Source: Candidatus Cloacimonadales bacterium
GTDB lineage: Bacteria > Cloacimonadota > Cloacimonadia > Cloacimonadales > DAONDQ01
Length of the DNA: 64,000 nucleotides
NCBI GenBank assembly: GCA_963662275.1
Contig: OY759316.1
Coordinates: 800,001-864,000 of the forward strand
Reading direction: 5' to 3'
In this document: piece by piece, positions 29,969 through 39,800 of the stretch
Layout: each line of letters opens with the position of its first letter
Numbering within the stretch: position 1 is the stretch's first letter
Position numbers and translations under genes: made by a program
The notes under the pieces: model-generated
What the model was told of the DNA's origin: nothing
The model's input: the letters and a program-made list of their open reading frames with translations, nothing else
Databases searched by the model: none

Positions 29969-31420
29969 ATGAAACGCTTGCTGCTTTTACACATACTACT
30001 TTTCGCAATTGGTTTTTTGTATGCGCAGGATAGCACGTTTGTATCCCAATATGAACTGACTGGATATCCCTGGGATGATAACTATATAAACGGGTTGAAA
30101 GCTGGAAATGTAATCATAAAATATGATGGTGGTTTTGCTTTGCAGACAACCGGAACCTTGATGTATCCAGAAAATCCATTGTCTTGGCATCAATCTCCCA
30201 TTTTCAATTTTGATAGAGAAGGTAATTTTCAGAATGTTGTTCATGGTCCAATCACAGAAGAAGGAGCAATTGTTGATGGTGACTTTTCATCCGTGATCCA
30301 GGACAGACATGGAGGATATCTTGCACTTGCTTCTTATTACCCTTTTATTAACTCTTTAGACAGTTTATTTCAGTTTCGTGATTTAGTACGAATCTACACA
30401 CTTGATTCTCTGGAAATAGAACCCTTTGAATTATATGAGGATACTGATGGATATATCATCACCGGATATCAACTGCATAAAATTGTATGTGCTAAGTGTG
30501 ACTATAATAACCAGTTCTTATGGAGTTACAGCTATTACGAACACGGTACGAATGTTGATTGTCCGAGAATGACAATAACTTCTGATGGAGGTTATCTTTT
30601 TTGGGGGCGGAACGGTGAACAATTAGAATTTATGAAGATATCCCAGTCAGGTGATTCACTATGGACTAATTACATTGCATATTCAACATTTGATTCCCTT
30701 CCTTGTGATTTGATTGAAACCAATGATTATTATTATTTTGCATATCCTTTTGCAGACTATGTAAATCATCAGCTTATGCTCCAAATACGTAGATTTCAAA
30801 TGGATTCACCAGAAATGGAAATTATGTTTAGTATGCCTGTAGTTAACTATATTGGTGATTCTCAGTTAAACCCCAGATTCCTCAAACTTTCTGATGGAAA
30901 TATTATACTGACTGCTGCCCTGACTACTGGACAACTAAATAAATTCGATTCTAATATGAATTTTCTATGGGGTAGTATTGTTTTCCCAACTCAACCCATT
31001 GTTCGTCCAATGTATATGGGACTTGGGAATTACCCAACAAGAGAATTACCCAATGGAGATTTGTTAACTTGTGCATATACTGACTCATTTTGGTTATTCT
31101 TTATTCGTACAAATTCTCTCGGTCAGGTTACAGCTATTGAAGATGAAGTTCAACCAATCAGCCCAGGGAAATTCCTTTGTATATATCCTAATCCATTTTG
31201 TTCTACAATCAAAATATCCGCTAAAAGAAAAATACCTGCAAATTCAGAAGTAAAGATTTTCAACATCAAAGGACAAAAGGTTCATACTTTAAAGATAGAA
31301 GATGAGAAAATTGAATGGAAACCAACTCATCTAGCTTCAGGTATTTACTTTTTTGTTTTAAATGTCGAAGGAAAACGAATTGAGACACACAAAACAATTT
31401 ATCTGAAAGGGGAAAAGTAA
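29969..31420 (+). CDS. Secreted beta-propeller-like protein with C-terminal sorting domain (paralog 1)
   Basis: Signal peptide ending ...YA-QDSTFVS; DGGY and GDSLW repeats; YPNPF...FNIKGQ...ASGIYF. Confidence 0.8.
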   Translation: MKRLLLLHILLFAIGFLYAQDSTFVSQYELTGYPWDDNYINGLKAGNVIIKYDGGFALQTTGTLMYPENPLSWHQSPIFNFDREGNFQNVVHGPITEEGAIVDGDFSSVIQDRHGGYLALASYYPFINSLDSLFQFRDLVRIYTLDSLEIEPFELYEDTDGYIITGYQLHKIVCAKCDYNNQFLWSYSYYEHGTNVDCPRMTITSDGGYLFWGRNGEQLEFMKISQSGDSLWTNYIAYSTFDSLPCDLIETNDYYYFAYPFADYVNHQLMLQIRRFQMDSPEMEIMFSMPVVNYIGDSQLNPRFLKLSDGNIILTAALTTGQLNKFDSNMNFLWGSIVFPTQPIVRPMYMGLGNYPTRELPNGDLLTCAYTDSFWLFFIRTNSLGQVTAIEDEVQPISPGKFLCIYPNPFCSTIKISAKRKIPANSEVKIFNIKGQKVHTLKIEDEKIEWKPTHLASGIYFFVLNVEGKRIETHKTIYLKGEK

Positions 31421-31693
31421 TTAAGAAGCGTATAGCGTACAGGGAACAGCGTACAGGGAATAGGAGAAGCTGAGGTGTACAGCATTCCGGTCAATGAGCG
31501 TAGTCGAAATGTCGGTGAAGAGTTTGCATTTATACGAAGTATAATGGAACACATTATGCATGATATAAATGTTATTGAAAGTGCAAGTATCTGTCGAAGT
31601 GCAATCCGCAACTGAGCAATAAATGTTCAGTTTATTTTAGAATGATTAAGACTATAGATGAGAGATTGTGCTTTGATAAGATTGGGGGCTGAT

Positions 31694-33148
31694 ATGATAC
31701 GATACCTGATACTAATCTCACTGCTTTTCACTATTGGATTTGTGTTTGCGCAAGATAGCACCTTTGTATCCAAATATACAATTGAAGGTGATCCATGGGA
31801 TTTTTATTGTGGAAATGATGTTGCGGCATCTAATGTAATTGTAAAATACGATGGTAAATTTGCATTACAATCTTTAGCCATAAATATGACCCCTCCTCCC
31901 GAAGAGTGGATTACCTTTCAATCCCCAATATTCAATGTAAATAATGATGGTACATATGAAGATTATGTTCTGGGTCCGATGGTTGAAATGCAATTGATTA
32001 ATGCTTATTATGCTTCATGCTTCCCGGATAGAAGTGGAGGTTATCTCGCACTAAGTGGTAACAACGAAGATCGTATATTGCATTCTTTAGATAGCACATT
32101 TCAATTTAGCCATATGATTCTTAATTATGATGACAATAATATACAAATTTTCCCAATTCGTCTTTATGAAGAGCAAGACGGTTATATTATTACCGGACTT
32201 CAACGTAATCCCGAAAGATTTGTATGTGCAAAATACAATTATTCTCATAATATTATTTGGAAGCACACGTTTATTGATCAGGTTTCTTCTTATAGTAATT
32301 GTCCTTCTTTAGCACTTACTTCAGATTTGAGTTATTTGTTTTGGTCACCGCAAATGCGTTTGATGAAAGTCTCAAATGCAGGAGACTCTCTCTGGAATAT
32401 TGACTATAATAATGCTCCATACTATAACCTTGCTCTAATTGAGCAAAATGATATTTTATATGGTGCAAGATATCATTACAATCCAGGAATAAATCAACGG
32501 TTTATTCAAATTTTACGATATCATCTGGACTCAACACAACTTGACACGCTTTACAGTTTTCCTATTCTTCATAATGTAGGTGAACCATCAATTAATGCTA
32601 AATTCCTTCATTTATCCGATAATTCTATATTGTTAACGACTCCTTTGGCAACAGGTCAATTACATAAGTTCGATGCTAACATGAGTCTGCTTTGGAGCAG
32701 TAACTTGGTGCAATATCCCCTTGAAGATAGAGCTACTTATGTCGGTCTTGGTAGAAATCCAACCAGGGAAATGCCAAATGGTGATTTATTGACGTGTCTC
32801 TGGAATGATCTTTGGAATGATAATAGTGCGATCTATCTTATCAGGACTGATCCTGTAGGTCATGTAATTGCAAATGACGATGCCGTTCAAGTAAAACCCA
32901 AGGGTAATTCCTTCAGTGTTTATCCAAATCCGTTCTTTTCTTCAATCAAAATAACAGCAAACAAGAAATTACCTTTAAATACTTCACTAAAGATATTCAA
33001 TATTAAAGGGCAACTCGTAAAGAGTAATAAGATAGAATTAGAGAGAACAGAGTGGATTCCGAAGAACCTTGCATCAGGGATTTACTTTATGCAGTTTAAT
33101 GTCGCAGGGAGAGCATTTGAGATTCACAAGATTCTATTTATGAAGTAA
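31694..33148 (+). CDS. Secreted beta-propeller-like protein with C-terminal sorting domain (paralog 2)
   Basis: Colinear with 29969-31420 (AQDSTFVS, KYDG.FALQ, QSPIFN, PTRE.PNGDLLTC); same C-terminal domain. Confidence 0.8.
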   Translation: MIRYLILISLLFTIGFVFAQDSTFVSKYTIEGDPWDFYCGNDVAASNVIVKYDGKFALQSLAINMTPPPEEWITFQSPIFNVNNDGTYEDYVLGPMVEMQLINAYYASCFPDRSGGYLALSGNNEDRILHSLDSTFQFSHMILNYDDNNIQIFPIRLYEEQDGYIITGLQRNPERFVCAKYNYSHNIIWKHTFIDQVSSYSNCPSLALTSDLSYLFWSPQMRLMKVSNAGDSLWNIDYNNAPYYNLALIEQNDILYGARYHYNPGINQRFIQILRYHLDSTQLDTLYSFPILHNVGEPSINAKFLHLSDNSILLTTPLATGQLHKFDANMSLLWSSNLVQYPLEDRATYVGLGRNPTREMPNGDLLTCLWNDLWNDNSAIYLIRTDPVGHVIANDDAVQVKPKGNSFSVYPNPFFSSIKITANKKLPLNTSLKIFNIKGQLVKSNKIELERTEWIPKNLASGIYFMQFNVAGRAFEIHKILFMK

Positions 33149-33168
33149 GATAATCAGATTTAAGTTGG

Positions 33169-33201
33169 ATGTAGAGACGCCCCAATTGGGCGTCTCTACA
33201 T
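33169..33201. repeat. Single GTAG-type REP palindrome
   Basis: ATGTAGAGACGCCC-CAATT-GGGCGTCTCTACAT, a 14-bp perfect stem. Confidence 0.8.
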
Positions 33202-33395
33202 TGATATCATTATCCATGATTAGAGTTCAATATTTTGAAGGATATAAAATAATAATTGTAATTTATCTATTTCCTTGATATTACAAAAACAAATATGGAG
33301 AATACACAAAAATCCCTTGACCAATAAACGCTTACCGAAATTATAACATAATCTCAAATTATATTAATAGAACGATATAGAGGAGCAAAATAGAA

Positions 33396-33689
33396 ATGGT
33401 AAGACTAAGATTGAGAAGAATGGGCGCAAGAAATTGCCCTTTCTATCGTATAATAGCGGTAGATTCCAGAAAAAGCAGAGATGGTGAATACATTGAAAGC
33501 ATCGGATATTATGATCCTAAACCAACTCCAAGTGATATTCAATTGGATAAAGAAAAAGCATTGAAATGGCTCCAGGTTGGTGCACAGCCATCTGAAACTG
33601 TTCGTTCCCTACTGAAAAAAGCTGGGATACTTGAAATTTGGCATAATATGAAATGTGAAAAAAAGGAAATAACCCCAGACTCAAATTAA
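33396..33689 (+). CDS. rpsP: 30S ribosomal protein S16
   Basis: MVRLRLRRMG...PFYRIIAVDSR..RDG.YIE.IGYYDP...GAQPSETV. Confidence 0.98.
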   Translation: MVRLRLRRMGARNCPFYRIIAVDSRKSRDGEYIESIGYYDPKPTPSDIQLDKEKALKWLQVGAQPSETVRSLLKKAGILEIWHNMKCEKKEITPDSN

Positions 33690-33709
33690 AACGGACCAAG
33701 GAGTAGCTC

Positions 33710-33940
33710 ATGAAGGACTTGATCGAATTTATCGTCAAAGCATTGGTGGATGATCCCAGTGAAGTGAACATCACCGAAATCCAAGGTGATAAGATCACAC
33801 TATATGAACTACGTGTTGCCAAAGCAGACATTGGCAAAGTCATCGGTAAAAGAGGACGTACTGCCGGTGCAATCCGCACAATACTCAATGCAGTAAGCAC
33901 TAAGCAGGGAAAGCGAGCCGAACTCGAAATCATCGAGTAA
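33710..33940 (+). CDS. khpA: KH-domain RNA-binding protein KhpA
   Basis: DIGKVIGKRGRTA; conserved position after rpsP. Confidence 0.93.
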   Translation: MKDLIEFIVKALVDDPSEVNITEIQGDKITLYELRVAKADIGKVIGKRGRTAGAIRTILNAVSTKQGKRAELEIIE

Positions 33941-34462
33941 ATGGAAATCCAAGATCTTGTTTCTGTAGGCAGGTTGGGAACAGTCATCGATAAGGAAGAC
34001 TTTGTTTCCTTTCGAAAGAATGATCATTTCCAACCTGCCTTTTTTCATGAAAACCCAGATGTGTTTTTGATCTTTGACAAGGACATAGTGTTTTATGTGA
34101 CAATTGATCGTATCCGCGAAGCAGGAAAGAAATCTTTTCTTCATTTTGCGGAAGATGGTGTTATAGAAGCAATACGTAATGCTGGAAAAACGGAAGTTGC
34201 TTATCCGGAAGATGAATATCGGAAGATGTATGTTTCCGAAGAGAATCAATATGACCCAAGAGATATGAAAGCAGTCTTCAATGAAGAGGTTATCGGGACA
34301 ATCGAGGATTATCTTGAAAATCCTGGTCAACGTGTACTCATTATTATCTCCGAAGATGGAAAGGAAATACTCGTACCTGAAGTTGAAGCCTATGTTGAAT
34401 GGGTAGATTATGATAAGCGAATTATGTATTTTCGAAATATCCAGGAATTGATTGATCTATGA
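33941..34462 (+). CDS. rimM: Ribosome maturation factor RimM (divergent)
   Basis: Lies between khpA and trmD; PRC-barrel C-terminus GKEILVP...VD. Confidence 0.8.
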   Translation: MEIQDLVSVGRLGTVIDKEDFVSFRKNDHFQPAFFHENPDVFLIFDKDIVFYVTIDRIREAGKKSFLHFAEDGVIEAIRNAGKTEVAYPEDEYRKMYVSEENQYDPRDMKAVFNEEVIGTIEDYLENPGQRVLIIISEDGKEILVPEVEAYVEWVDYDKRIMYFRNIQELIDL

Positions 34463-35130
34463 TCATTGATGTCCTGACCTTATTTCCGAACATGTTTCCA
34501 GGATTCCTGGAAGCCAGCATTGTACGCAAAGCTATCGAACAAAGTGCAATTGATGTCTATCTTACTGATATTCGAGATTTTGCTTTTAATAAACACCGTC
34601 AAACAGACGATTATCCCTATGGCGGAGAAGCCGGTATGATCATGAAACCGGAACCGATCTACGAAGCGCTGCAGTTTCTGGATCTTGAACCAGGATGCCC
34701 CGTTATCTATTTCTCTCCTCAAGGTAGAAAACTGGATCAGTCAATTGTAAAGGAATATCAATCACTACCTCGAATCGTGATGCTTTGCGGGCATTATAAA
34801 GAGATAGACCAGAGAATTCGGGATCGCTTTATAACTGATGAGATTTCCCTGGGAGATTACATCATATCGGGAGGGGAATTAGCTTCCATGATCATGATCG
34901 ATTCCCTGGCAAGATTACAGAATGGTGTTTTGAACGATCCGGCATCAGCTCAATCCGATTCGTTTGAGGATGGTATTCTGGATTGCCAGTATTATACGAG
35001 ACCTGAATTGTTCCTGGATATGCCTGTTCCTGAAGTCCTTCTTTCCGGTGACCACAAGAAAATCAAGCAGTGGCGGGAAGAAAAGGCGAGGGAGATCACG
35101 CGGAAGAGAAGACCGGATCTCATCAAATAA
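34459..35130 (+). CDS. trmD: tRNA (guanine37-N1)-methyltransferase
   Basis: VLTLFP, DDYPYGGEAGM, SPQG, CGHY, EISLGDYIISGGE, YTRP and VPEVLLSGDH. Confidence 0.98.
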   Translation: MIIDVLTLFPNMFPGFLEASIVRKAIEQSAIDVYLTDIRDFAFNKHRQTDDYPYGGEAGMIMKPEPIYEALQFLDLEPGCPVIYFSPQGRKLDQSIVKEYQSLPRIVMLCGHYKEIDQRIRDRFITDEISLGDYIISGGELASMIMIDSLARLQNGVLNDPASAQSDSFEDGILDCQYYTRPELFLDMPVPEVLLSGDHKKIKQWREEKAREITRKRRPDLIK

Positions 35131-35198
35131 ATCAATGAGTTGATTTATTTGATAATTAAGAATTAAGAATTAAAAATTAAGAATTGCAGAGAGAATAC

Positions 35199-35326
35199 GG
35201 TTCATCGAGTGATCTGTAGCGCTGACTTCAGGCGGTAATCTATTGTGTCAGAAGAAATCGGTTCATCGAGTGATTTCTCGGTCCTTGAGCGAAGTCGAAA
35301 TGCGAGAAATTGTATCGAGATGCACC
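35199..35326. repeat. Cluster of REP-like repeats in the trmD intergenic region
   Basis: GGTTCATCGAGTGAT occurs twice; TGAGCGAAGTCGAAATG; GTAGCGCTGACTTCAGGCGGTA at 35216; preceded by TTAAGAA heptamers. Confidence 0.65.
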
Positions 35327-35362
35327 AGCAAGCAGATTGAATAAGAAAAAGGAACATATAGA

Positions 35363-35959
35363 TTGAGTAAGCCGAATATCTACCTGGGACTGGTTCATTA
35401 TCCTGTGTATGATCGTAATATGAGAACAGTTACTACATCTGTCACAAACCTGGATATTCACGATATATCACGAAGTTGTCTTTCGTTCGGTGTGAAAAAG
35501 TACTTTCTGATCACCCCGGTCGAAAGCCAACATCAAATCATTCAAAGGATTTTGTCTTTCTGGAAAACAGATGCAGCAAAATCCTATAATCGTGATCGGA
35601 ATGTGGCATTGCAGGTCATTGAGATATGTAACTCAATTGATTTAGCGAAGATGTGGATTAGAAACCAGGAAGGTTCAGATCCGCTTGTGATTACGACAAC
35701 AGCCAGAGCGCAGGAAAAGCAGCTTTATTTTTCTGATTTTTTTAAAGTTAATCAAGAGAATAAACCCATCCTGCTACTGTTTGGAACTGGGAACGGTTTG
35801 GTCAATGAGCTTCATGACCAGGCAGATTTCATCTTGGAACCGATTATCGGTGCTTCCGATTACAATCATTTATCGGTTCGCAGTGCTGTTGCCATAATCT
35901 TGGATCGGATTTCTTCCGTAGAATACAAGGAGGAACCATGGACATCATTCAAGCCGTAG
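35363..35959 (+). CDS. SPOUT-type RNA methyltransferase (TrmD-associated family)
   Basis: [26 protein letters not shown] and [16 protein letters not shown]. Confidence 0.88.
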   Translation: MSKPNIYLGLVHYPVYDRNMRTVTTSVTNLDIHDISRSCLSFGVKKYFLITPVESQHQIIQRILSFWKTDAAKSYNRDRNVALQVIEICNSIDLAKMWIRNQEGSDPLVITTTARAQEKQLYFSDFFKVNQENKPILLLFGTGNGLVNELHDQADFILEPIIGASDYNHLSVRSAVAIILDRISSVEYKEEPWTSFKP

Positions 35960-36297
35960 GAAAAGAAGAACTCAGAAGTGATTTTCCGGAGTATCGCGTT
36001 GGAGATACAGTCAAAGTGCATTTCAAAATTAAGGAAGGCGCTAAAGAACGTATCCAAGTTTTTCAGGGTGTCGTCATCCAAAAACGTGGTATGGGAATAT
36101 CCAAGACTTTTACGGTTCGTAAGATTAGTGACGGAATCGGAGTTGAGAGAATCTTTCCACAGCATTCTCCTCTGATAGACAAACTTGAAGTAGTGCGTTT
36201 CGGTCATGTTAGAAGAGCTAAACTTTTCTACTTGAGAGATGCAAAAGGTAAAGCTAGCCGTATCAAGGAAAAGAAACGCGTTATTGCACCGCGTTAA
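35938..36297 (+). CDS. rplS: 50S ribosomal protein L19
   Basis: [35 protein letters not shown] and [10 protein letters not shown]. Confidence 0.98.
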   Translation: MDIIQAVGKEELRSDFPEYRVGDTVKVHFKIKEGAKERIQVFQGVVIQKRGMGISKTFTVRKISDGIGVERIFPQHSPLIDKLEVVRFGHVRRAKLFYLRDAKGKASRIKEKKRVIAPR

Positions 36298-36309
36298 CAT
36301 TATCATAAG

Positions 36310-36337
36310 AAGGGGAGCCGATAGGCTCCCTTTTTTT
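36310..36337 (+). terminator. Intrinsic terminator after rplS
   Basis: GGGAGCC-GATA-GGCTCCC followed by T7. Confidence 0.85.
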
Positions 36338-36359
36338 GTTTCAAAAAGAAGGTGTGGAA

Positions 36360-36818
36360 ATGAATAAAATGAAGTTTGAATCACCAATCGGTTGGATTGA
36401 AATCAGGGAAGAAGATAGCGCTATCAGTTACTTGGTTTTCCATAATGAAGAGCCTCCATTTGAGGAACAGCCAACGCCCTTGTTGGAAACGGCAATGAAT
36501 CAAATTGCGGAGTATTTTCAAGGGAAAAGAAAAAACTTCGATCTACCTGTTGAATTGATGGGTACCTATTTTAGAATGAAAGTGTGGAATGAATTAGTGA
36601 ATATTCCCTACGGATACACACGGACATATGGTGAAATTGCGATTGCGATTGGAAATCCTCAAGCATGCAGAGCTGTGGGACAGGCGAATCATCATAATCC
36701 AATCAGCATTATTATTCCCTGTCATCGGGTCATAGGTTCTGATGGAAATCTGACTGGCTATGGTGGTGAATTATGGCGTAAAAAGTGGTTATTGGAGTTT
36801 GAAAAGAAAAATATATAA
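36360..36818 (+). CDS. ogt: Methylated-DNA--protein-cysteine methyltransferase
   Basis: RAVGQAN..NP, active site IPCHRV and GYGG..RKKWLL. Confidence 0.95.
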   Translation: MNKMKFESPIGWIEIREEDSAISYLVFHNEEPPFEEQPTPLLETAMNQIAEYFQGKRKNFDLPVELMGTYFRMKVWNELVNIPYGYTRTYGEIAIAIGNPQACRAVGQANHHNPISIIIPCHRVIGSDGNLTGYGGELWRKKWLLEFEKKNI

Positions 36819-36898
36819 ATATATTGCCAAACATTAAGAATGAAATAACTTAAGATTTAATACAAAGAAAAGGGCAGATTCTATTAAATGAAATCGAG

Positions 36899-39800
36899 GT
36901 GACTATGAAACAGTGGGCTTTAGTTCTTATATTGATATCGATACTTGCTTGTCTAACGGCTATGCAATTCACAGGCGATCCTAAAACCTGGAACATGGAA
37001 GACTTTGTTGGTGCAGATTCAATCGGTGATTGCACAGGAATGTATGGTGATATTTCTTCATTCTTTGTTCGGAATGAGGCTAGTACTATAAATATCAGAA
37101 TCACTTTTGATGACATGTGCATCCGACAAAAGAACAAATATGTAAAAGACAATTATAGCGATAGTAAGCTGCAGTTAAACTTCAAGGCTATGAATATCAA
37201 GAGTAGGGAAGTAGTTACAGAAATCAGCATACCTCTCGCTGAAAAACAGATTCGTTCAGCTTCCTATACATTGCTTCGAACTCCTGAAAATAACATGCTT
37301 GAAATATCCCTTCCTATCTTATCTCCTGCTAGACCACATGAAATGGAATACTCGATTATCGTCATTGATGAAAATGGGAAAGTGATTGATCAGCTCTTCA
37401 AATCCGGTGCTACTAGAGATGGTGGAGGTAATGTCGCTTTTGTTCATCACGGAAACCAGGGTTTAACTTATACGGAAGTATTTTACGGACAATATCCAGC
37501 AGAATCAAGCGGTTTTGATGAAGTTCTTCAAGTGCATGATGCAACTGGAGTACCAGGTAATTTCCATATGTCAGGGACACTCATGCCTGCTGCTCAATGG
37601 CATAATCCTGAATTCAATACCTGGCTGAGAACCATGGCATCACAAGGTAAGGTTGCCATGATGACCTCTGCTCTTGGACAACACATCATGCCTTTCGTTC
37701 ACGATAATATGAATAACTGGTCAGTGAAAGTGGAATCTGATATGGTTCGATATCTCTATAACTATGATCCTAAAGTTGCCTGGGTGCCTGAACGCGTTTG
37801 GCTTGATCCCAGCCGTTATCCAAATAATGGCGTCATTGATTGGATTGGAGACAACTGGCAGCAGAATGGTGTGGAAGCTGTTGTCTTGGATGATTGGCCT
37901 CATTGCAACGGATACTCAAATAGTAAAATACATTGGATGAACAACGGCATGGGGATAAATTTACGTGTGATTCCCATCAACGGTGATTTTGTAGGTAGAA
38001 TGATGAGTGATGCCAGCGGAGCGAAGAACCTTATCTGGAATACAGGTATGTACGGTATTACTGTTTATGGTACGGATTGGGAAGTCGCTTCTGAAATGAA
38101 TGAACATAACGGTTCATGGCGTCTTGATAATTATGAAAGTGTACTCTGGTGGTGTCATGACAACTATCCTGCCGTCAATGGCTGGAAACTGGATACTGCT
38201 CTTTCAAATCACAATTTCGATGGACAAGGTATAGATATCACTCCCGGTAATTACGGCTTATTGGGTGGAACAGGCGGATACGGCGGTAGTAATAACTCCT
38301 GGTACCCTGATTGGGCTGCAACCGAATCACATTCTGACTTCCATAGCCCTAAATGGAATTATGGCTATGTTTGGAATGATGCTTATAATAATCTCATGAC
38401 TGCTCCCAATAATTCGTTATCCCAGATGGGCTGGTACATCATGATGATCAATCTTCATGAAACAGGTTGGCATGATGCCGGAGTCTCAGGTTGGATACAC
38501 AGGTATTCTTCACATATTAAGAATGCGAATGTTTATGCTGAAGCTTCACGTTGGGCTGCTGGACAATATACAACGACAACTGCTGCCTATTATAATGATA
38601 TTGACCACGATGGCGGTAGTGAACTGGTCATGCATAATGATAAGATCTTTGCTGTGTTTGAAGGTGTCGGTGGTAAAGCTCAATGGCTTTTCTACAAGGA
38701 TGGATATGGAAACGCATATTCAATGGTTGGGTCAGATGTTGCTTATTGGTCAGAAACTGATGGTGATTATAACGAAGGCTCAGCCAATCATTTTGCTGCG
38801 CTTTCTGAAGTCTCTCCTAATATGCAGGGATCAATCTACAATATTTCTATTCAGCAATCCAGTGGAAATCTAGTCCAAGCTACTCTTGATCAAGTTGGTG
38901 TAAAGAAGGTCATTAAACTTGAAACGGGAAAGAACTACCTGGATTGTTCTTATAATTTCTTTGGTTCCACAGGCTATATCAAATCCGGTTGGACACCTGA
39001 TATGTTGGATATTATCTGGAATGGCAAGAATCACTTACAGCGTCTCTATGGTGCTTCAGCTTCTTATGCCGGTTGGAGAAATTCTGCTTCCGGCGCTTCA
39101 GTTGCCTATGTGTTAGGTTCAGCAGGCGGCAGCCACCAGGGTGAATTCGAAGGTACAATGGTCAAAGGCGACCAGATATCCGGTAACAATACATTTGCTT
39201 TCCGCTTGTTTGCAGGCTATACTGCTTCACCCTCAGGAACACAAGTTACAGAATTGAATACTCTTGCTTCTCAAACCACTGATTTAACCGGTCCAAGTGT
39301 CAGCTCTGCCAATATTGTCGGAACACGTAAAATACAGGTTGTGCTCAGTGAAGTAGTGGATCAAACTTCTGCTGAAACAATATCTAATTATACTCTGGGC
39401 AGTTCTTTGAACGTGACTTCTGCAAAGTTGTACTTTGGGAGAAAAGTGGTTCTAACGGTTGATGCAAATATCACTGCCGGAGGAACTGTGACAGTTCAGG
39501 TCAATGGTGTGAAGGATCTCTTCGGGAATACAACCGATACGGATCATAATACAGCAACAGCAACCTGGGTCGTCATACCTCATCTTGTTGGAACAATGAA
39601 TAGCTGGACTACAACAAATCATACCTATGACCTGGTTCTCCAGGATAATGGTGTCTGGCAGCTTTCTACTTCTCTCGGTGCAGGCACTCATCTGTATAAA
39701 GTCATGGAGAGCGAAAGCTGGAATGGCAATGATTGGCCTACAAACAATCAATCCCTTACATTGACTTCAACAACGACTGTTGTTTTCAGAGCGAATTGTG

